Below, piece after piece: positions 45,773-64,000 of a DNA stretch of 64,000 nucleotides. Location of the stretch: the NCBI RefSeq assembly GCF_009914755.1, contig NC_060947.1. One strand, given 5' to 3'. The translations under genes were made by a program, and so were the position numbers. The DNA comes from the human T2T-CHM13v2.0 reference genome, Homo sapiens. Within the stretch, counting starts at the first letter, position 1. Every line of letters starts with the position of its first letter. Under the pieces are notes generated by a model. The model saw only the letters and a program-made list of their open reading frames with translations, was not told the DNA's origin and ran no database searches.

Positions 45773-46558
45773 ATGAATCCAGAGTGGGGGCAGGCCTTCG
45801 TGCACGTGGCCGTGGCCGGTGGCCTCTGTGCCGTGGCTGTGTTCACGGGCATTTTCGACAGTGTTTCCGTGCAAGTGGGCTATGAGCACTACGCCGAGGC
45901 GCCCGTGGCCGGCCTCCCTGCCTTCCTGGCCATGCCGTTCAACTCACTCGTGAACATGGCCTACACGCTGCTGGGGCTGTCGTGGCTGCACAGGGGCGGC
46001 GCGATGGGGCTGGGTCCCCGCTACCTGAAGGACGTGTTCGCAGCCATGGCCCTGCTCTATGGCCCCGTGCAGTGGCTGCGCCTGTGGACGCAGTGGCGCC
46101 GTGCCGCGGTGCTGGACCAGTGGCTCACACTGCCCATCTTTGCATGGCCCGTGGCCTGGTGCCTCTACCTAGACCGCGGCTGGCGGCCCTGGCTGTTCCT
46201 CTCTCTTGAGTGCGTCTCCCTGGCCAGTTATGGCCTCGCTCTGCTGCATCCCCAGGGCTTCGAGGTCGCACTGGGTGCTCACGTGGTGGCCGCTGTGGGG
46301 CAGGCGCTGCGCACCCACAGGCACTATGGCAGCACCACCTCGGCTACCTACTTAGCTTTGGGGGTGCTCTCTTGCCTGGGCTTTGTGGTCCTCAAGCTGT
46401 GTGACCATCAGCTCGCACGGTGGCGTCTCTTCCAGTGCCTCACAGGCCACTTCTGGTCCAAGGTCTGTGACGTGCTCCAGTTCCACTTTGCGTTTTTGTT
46501 TCTGACGCATTTCAACACTCACCCAAGATTCCATCCCTCTGGCGGGAAGACGCGTTGA
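45773..46558 (+). CDS. TMEM187: Transmembrane protein 187, 261 aa, multi-pass membrane protein, single coding exon
   Basis: Uninterrupted ORF MNPEWGQAFVHVAVAGGLCAVAVFTG...RFHPSGGKTR with several hydrophobic segments; AATAAA downstream at 46838. Confidence 0.96.
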   Translation: MNPEWGQAFVHVAVAGGLCAVAVFTGIFDSVSVQVGYEHYAEAPVAGLPAFLAMPFNSLVNMAYTLLGLSWLHRGGAMGLGPRYLKDVFAAMALLYGPVQWLRLWTQWRRAAVLDQWLTLPIFAWPVAWCLYLDRGWRPWLFLSLECVSLASYGLALLHPQGFEVALGAHVVAAVGQALRTHRHYGSTTSATYLALGVLSCLGFVVLKLCDHQLARWRLFQCLTGHFWSKVCDVLQFHFAFLFLTHFNTHPRFHPSGGKTR

Positions 46559-46837
46559 ACCCAGGGAAGAACCTGCTGAAAACCGATGACCCCCAGCATT
46601 GAAATGGACTCTGAGATGGCAGCGTGGTGCCAGTGTCAGACATCCTGTGTGTGATGATATGCACTGATCACACAAGACTGCCCTTTCCTGAGAAGCTGCG
46701 GGCTTCGGTGTGGAGGGGTGGAGTGCTGTGATCTCGACAACTTACTTTCAAAGACATAAAGCACAGATCTCCGCACAGGGGATGTGTGTGTTCCTGATGT
46801 AATTTGCATAACTTTTCTGTAGTTTGAAATGTTTCCA

Positions 46838-46843
46838 AATAAA
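46838..46843 (+). terminator. TMEM187 poly(A) signal AATAAA
   Basis: Canonical hexamer ~280 nt after the stop codon. Confidence 0.7.
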
Positions 46844-47558
46844 TATTGGCAAGGGGAGTGGAAATGACACCAAGAAGCCCCTCATGCTCATGGTTGGACA
46901 GAGAGCGATCGTCTGGAGTATCTTTGGGGTGTCAGCTCTGGGTGTGGACTGGCAGCAGTGAGGCAGGCCAGTCAGTGGGGTACCAGTGAGTGTCCTTAGA
47001 GGCGGCTGGATTCAGGGAGACTGAGTCACACTAAATACGTGCCCAGCAGACTGATGGGGAAATCACTCAATTATCCCCATGACATCTGTGACTGTTAACT
47101 GTAGGCAGGTCACGTGAGAGCCACATCACCTCAGATCGTCTGTGGAACCAGGCAGTGTGCATCCAGATGAGGAAACACACAAATGTCAAAAGTTGAACTC
47201 TCAACAGAAAGTTGCTTTGTGGGTCTCCCCTCAGAGCCAGGGTGTGGCTTAGATGCCCTTAGTGGCTACAGTCTGAGCAGTCCCCACCTGCCCGTCACCC
47301 AGGTCCTTGCGAACCAGTCTGCTGACAGTATCGTCAGGCACTGTGCTGGAGGCGGCACGTGCTTCTCATGCAGGCAACAGTTTTTGAGCCCTCGAGCCCA
47401 AGGCCCAGACTCTCTAGTTTGTGGTCAGGATGCTGGGTCATTCTTAGCCGCAGCCAGAGAGGCACTGAGGACTCCGTGCCACCCTCTCTACTCCCGGGAC
47501 AGTCCTTCCTGCCGGTCACTATGTTACTTAGAGGCCTGCCTCACCTCCTTTCATCTGA

Positions 47559-47874
<316 letters not shown>

Positions 47875-49445
47875 GTAAAGGGGACTCCTGAAGACAGGTA
47901 ATGTCATTTAACTCAGGGGCTCTTCATCCCAGACTCCATAGTCTTGTCCCTGGAGCCTTAAGTACTAAGGAGGGTCTGCTTTAAGCCCACAAATTAAATG
48001 GAGAAGTGACCAGCTCCAAAGGTGAGGGCAGAGGAGAGAGGATGCCCTGTCCCTGCCAAATGGCATCTCAGCATGGGCCACCCATGTGCACCTGCTCAGT
48101 GCCCTCGAGGTTGGCATTCGGCCCACGACTGTGATGACTGAGATGTTTCTGGAACTGGGCACCTGGGCTGGATGTTCTGTCCTGGCTGGCTGAGCACATT
48201 GCCACCAGGTAAGGACCTGGGGCAAATGGCAGGACCCGACCCAGGGCTTGGGGCCTGGGGGTGGGGCACGTGGTTGGCAGGGGAGAGCAAGGACAGCACC
48301 TGCTTGGGAAACAGCCTGGTTCCATTTGAGGTCGTCTCGAAAGCACCATGTGCCCTAGAAGAGGGAAGAGGCTGCACACATCACCAGAGAGGCCACCCTT
48401 ACTTCACAGAGGCTGGAGGGAGGGCGAAAAGAAGGCGGGCTTCCATGCGGGCTCAGAGACAGGGTGGGGGCAGGCTCTTCATCCAGCAGTGGGGGATCCC
48501 CTTTTGTGATTTCTCTGTGAGTAGCTGTTTCCCTCATTGACAGAGGACTGCTGGGACTTCATGCCACACCTCGCAGCAACAAGCACTCATCACGATTTTA
48601 CTTTTTCTTCCTACCAATACCTGTGTAATAAACAGCCCTGCGAGCCTCCTGGGTCAGGCGGGGTCCCACGGGAAACAGGTGGTGTGCCTAGATTGGGGTG
48701 ATTCAGGGCGGTTTTGTGGGACACCTGGAAGAGTGGACCCCACCCAAAGGAGAGGCTTATGTGGAGGGGACACCTCCAGAGGGGCAGGGACTGCAGGAAG
48801 CCTGGCTCCGCTCCCTCCCTCTCCTGCCAGAGTTGCCAGATTATACGCCAGGCGATGAACAATGGTTTTGCACAAGCGTGTCTCAAATGTTGCATGAGAC
48901 ATTTCTCCTACTAAAAAAGTATTGTTTACCTGAAATTCAGATTTCACTGGGTGTTCTGATTGTTATTTGCTAAATCCAACAACCACGTCCTGAGCCAACA
49001 CAAGCAGAGCCAGAAGCCCCGGAACCTGCGCAAGGCAGAGCAGGTGGCAAAGAAGGCTCCAGGCAGGCCCCGGCCTGGAACCTGCACTCCCCAGGCCCTT
49101 TTTGAAATTAGTGTTTCTCCAAGTATGGCCAGTTGCCATTAGTCACACAGCTTCCTGCATCCCTTCCTGCCCAGGCGAACCCCCCTTCTGGGGCCGGGAC
49201 CTCAGAGTGCCTCAGCCCTGGCCCGGGGTTTGCGGATTCCACCAACCCCTGAGCCACTGGAGGAAGGAGGCTGGCGGCTGTGCCTCCCTCCAGCTCTGCA
49301 GTCCACGGAGGAGCTCGGCCTCGCCCAGGGGGATTGGCTGTCAGGGCCGCCGTTGCCGTTACTGGTCTTGGTCTCAGTCTCGCTGCTCCACTGCGTCCCC
49401 AGCACAGCTGGGGAGCCAATGGTTGCCAGATGGGGCCTCTCCCCG

Positions 49446-49705
49446 ACCTTTGACCTAACGGTTTAGAGGTTCCAGGCCTGGGAGGGATCTTAGAAACCAT
49501 CTGTGCCAGCCCCGGCATTTCACAGATAAAGAAACTGAAACTCTAGCAGTTTGACTTGGCTGAAAGTTACAGTGAGGAGGAGCAGAAACCCAGGCATGCC
49601 GCCTCCTGGCCCCAGGTGCTCTCTGCTCACCTCCCTGGAAGAAGCGCCAGGAGGGCTTCCACGTGGCTTCTTCCTTGCTTTCTGCTGCCATGGCCTGGGT
49701 ATTTT
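49446..49705 (-). repeat. Inverted duplication, right arm (260 bp)
   Basis: Reverse complement of 44076-44335. Confidence 0.97.
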
Positions 49706-49727
49706 CTCCCCACATAAAATAGTTTTA

Positions 49728-53740
<4,013 letters not shown>

Positions 53741-54019
53741 CCTTGTGTTTCTCTACGTGCACATTGTGCAGAGCCTCCCCACCCGGCTGGACGTGACCGA
53801 TGGCACACGTCCCCAGTCTCACGCTCCTGTGCACGCCTCTTGGTGCCTATGTGTGAGAGCTTCGCATTTCAACTCGAGTAGAATTTGCCAAATCCCTTGC
53901 CAGATTGGGGGCAGAGCTCCTCAACAGCACTTGATGTGGTCACCGGGGTGATCTGCTGATCTGACAGGAGTGAGTGACAGTTTCATTTTGTCCTTGTTTG
54001 CCTTTTTCAGCTTAAAATC

Positions 54020-54703
<684 letters not shown>

Positions 54704-54715
54704 CTGGAGTTAGTC

Positions 54716-55189
54716 TTTTTTTTCTTTCTTTCTTTTTCTCTTTCTTTCTTTCCTTCCTTCTTTTGTCCTTTCCTTTCTTTCTTCTTTCTCTTCTTTCTTC
54801 TTTCTTCTTTTTCTTTCCTTCCTTCCTTCTTTTCTTTCTTTCTTTCTTTCCTTTCTTTCTTCTTTCTTTGCTTCCTTCCTTTTCTTTTCTTTCTTTCTTT
54901 TCTTCCTTCTTTTCTTCTTTCTTTGTTTTTTTCTTTCTCTTCTTTCTTTCCCTTTCTTCTTTCTTTCCTTCCTTTCTTCTTTCTTTCCTTCCTTCTTTTC
55001 CTTCTTTCTTTTCTTTCCTTCCTTCCTTTCCTTCTTTCTTTTCTTTCTTTCCTTTCTTTTCTTCTTTCTTTCTTCTTTCTTTCTTTGCTTCCTTCCTTCT
55101 TTTCTTTTCTTTCTTTCTTTCTTCTTTCTTTCCTTTCTTTTCTTCTTTCTTTCTTTCTTTCTTCTTTTTTTCTTTCTTTCTTTCTTTTT

Positions 55190-55196
<7 letters not shown>
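54716..55196. repeat. ~480-bp polypyrimidine (CTTT/CCTT)n tract
   Basis: Almost exclusively C/T, abutting an antisense Alu. Confidence 0.95.
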
Positions 55197-57720
<2,524 letters not shown>

Positions 57721-58288
57721 TGCAGTTTTCTTTTTTAAAATGTTTATTTCTATTTTGTGATTCAAACTGAGGATCATCTTGCTGCAAAGAAGTTTTTAAG
57801 TTGATAAGAAACTGCTGAACAGTGATTCAAAGTGGCTGTGCCATTTCACACTCCTGCTGGCCGCGTGCGAACCTTTCATGCACTCCGCCTCCTCACCAGT
57901 GCTCCCTGCGACCAGTCTTCAGTGACAGTCATTCTGGGTGCGATTTTATCTTGCATTTCCCCATGAGAAATGGGCATCTCTTCCTATGCCTCAGTGGGGA
58001 GAACCAGAGACGGGGGCAGAAGAGGGGCAGGAGAAGGCAGGGAGGGTGGTTGGAGGAGAGAGCATTGGGTGGGGGTGGCAAGTGCTGGAGGAGGGGGACG
58101 GGGAAGTGGGCCCTTTGCTCTTGAACCATTTTAACCCCAAGCAAGGTGCATTCAGGGTTTGGGCAGGGGTCTGGCCCTCATGTCACCAGATCCTGAGTGA
58201 CTGTAGGGGCCTCTCATCATGTCTTCACTCCTGGACTTGCTGGCTCCAGGTGAGAAGACGTGGACACTGCTGTGGGCTGCAGAGGTTT

Positions 58289-58473
58289 GGGTGTGTGTGT
58301 GTGTGTGTGTGTGCATGTGTGTGTGTGTGTGTGTGTGTGCGTGTGTGCGTGTGTGCATGTGTGCGTGTGTGTGTGTGTGCATGTGTGTGTGTGTGCATGT
58401 GTGTGTGTGTGCATGTGTGCATGTGTGCGTGTGTGTGTGTGTGTGTGCATGTGTGTGTGTGTGTGTGTGTGTG
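58289..58473. repeat. Compound (TG)n/(TGCA) microsatellite
   Basis: ~185 bp of GT repeats with GCAT/GC interruptions. Confidence 0.95.
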
Positions 58474-59815
<1,342 letters not shown>

Positions 59816-59816
59816 G

Positions 59817-60239
59817 TGTGAAAGGAAAATAAATCTTGGGGCCCCCAAATCACTCAGCTAAAGGGAAAACTCAAGCTGGGAACTGCTTAGGGCCAACCTG
59901 CCTCCCACTCTATTCAAGGCCACTCCTCTGTTCACTGAGATAAATGCTTATTGGATTGCTTCCTTTGGAGAGGCTCATGAGAAACTCAAAACAACACAAT
60001 CATTGGTCTCTTATCTACCCATGACCTGGAAGCCCCCTCCCCACTTCAAGTTGTCCCTTTCTGGACCAAGCCAATGTTCATCTTACATATGTTGACTGAT
60101 GTCTCATGTCTCCCTAAAATGTATAAAACCAAGCTGTGCTCTGACCACCTCGGGCACATGTCGTCAGGACCATCCTCAACCTTGGCAAAACAAACTTTCT
60201 AAATTCACTGAGACCTCTCTCAGATATTCAGGGTTCACA
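59817..60239 (+). mobile_element. ERV1 solo LTR, MER4-like
   Basis: TGTGAAAGGAAAATAAATCTTGGGG...GGGTTCACA with a perfect 4-bp TSD CCTG on both sides; inserted in the 3' end of an Alu. Confidence 0.8.
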
Positions 60240-60279
60240 CCTGACTCTTAAAAAAAGCAAAGAAGTGAATAAACTATAA

Positions 60280-63022
<2,743 letters not shown>

Positions 63023-64000
63023 GCATCATTCTGGTTCTTAAACCCAAGGGTACTTATTTTCCAACATGAACCTTAACCTCACCCTTCCAGAAACTTCTCA
63101 GGCATGGGCAAGGTTGCAGTCTCCCTTACTGCAGGCAGCAATGACTTTAGCAACAGGTGATCTTGGTGGGCTCGTAGGGGAGTGGGAATGGGCAGTGGCT
63201 TTTGTCCTCCTTTTGTTGTCCGCTGGGGATCTTGGTTGGGAAGCCTGAACCCAGCATTGTTTCCTAGCCCTGTGTTCAACAATGCCGGGAGCGAGGTGCC
63301 TTCCTATCCCCGTGATAAACAGTTCTGGGACCTGTTGCTCTGCCACACAATCCTGAGAACTAGCACAAGTCAATTCGCTTGCAGGACCAACACACCCATG
63401 CTCCTGAAAGATGAGACTCGCAGAGCCCGGCCCGAGACTGCACCCAGCCGTCCAAGGCTGACCATGCTTCCCACCCGGCCCTCCCCACGCCGGCTCGGAC
63501 TTCGGGCATTTTCTCTCCTCCTTTCCTCCCTGGTGATCTGAGGCCGGCTCTGTCGGGGGAGTGTTCTTCCTCTTTGCAGTGAGTCCAATAAACTCAGCTT
63601 TGCCTGAACAACAGGTTTTTCTGGTGGTGATTTTGGGGAGTCTACAGCCAACAGCTGAAATTGGGAAAACGGGGCGGGGGTGGGGAATCCCTTTTTGTTT
63701 TTTGTTTTTATTTTTTACAGTAAAGTGAAAGCAAGTTTATTAGGAAGATAGAGGAATAAAAGAATGGCTGCTCCATAGACAGGGCAGCTGGGAATCCCTT
63801 TTAGCACGTGGTGGCTGCAGATGGGTAGAAATACAGACCATATTTGGTTCTTAGTTTAATTAGCCAGAGACGCAGAACAGGGTGGGAAGCCAGACGGCCA
63901 CACCTAGCACCTCATCAGGCTGCAGCCAACCAGGGCCTCTCGGGGCTGGGAAAACTCGATTCTTGCTATACTTGGGCTTACTCGGCTCTCCATCTTATGC

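Noticed and set aside
63380-63800. LTR-like fragments with AATAAA
   Set aside because: No clear termini or TSD, so it cannot be supported.

Overview
This is human-type (primate) genomic DNA that I recognise as the Xq28 RENBP-HCFC1-TMEM187 interval. On the minus strand are RENBP (N-acylglucosamine 2-epimerase, coding exons 1-9; the 3' end runs off the window start) and the complete 26-exon HCFC1 (2035 aa; the exon lengths I traced sum to 6108 nt). On the plus strand is TMEM187, with a non-coding exon 1 in a CpG island shared head-to-head with HCFC1 and a single 261-aa coding exon. The MIR3202 hairpin lies in the TMEM187 intron. The rest is Alu-dense, with solo LTRs (MER41A-like, MER4-like), old L1 fragments and simple repeats. 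Most interesting: (1) six regularly spaced YY1/TISU-type elements upstream of HCFC1, each opening an MAA-starting ORF on the HCFC1 sense strand, five of them only 8-11 aa long; (2) a 260-bp inverted repeat pair with a 237-bp 100%-identical core that brackets the whole TMEM187 coding exon plus MIR3202, a candidate invertible cassette; (3) a candidate poison exon and intronic poly(A) site in HCFC1 intron 6. Repeat subfamily calls and repeat boundaries are by eye and approximate.
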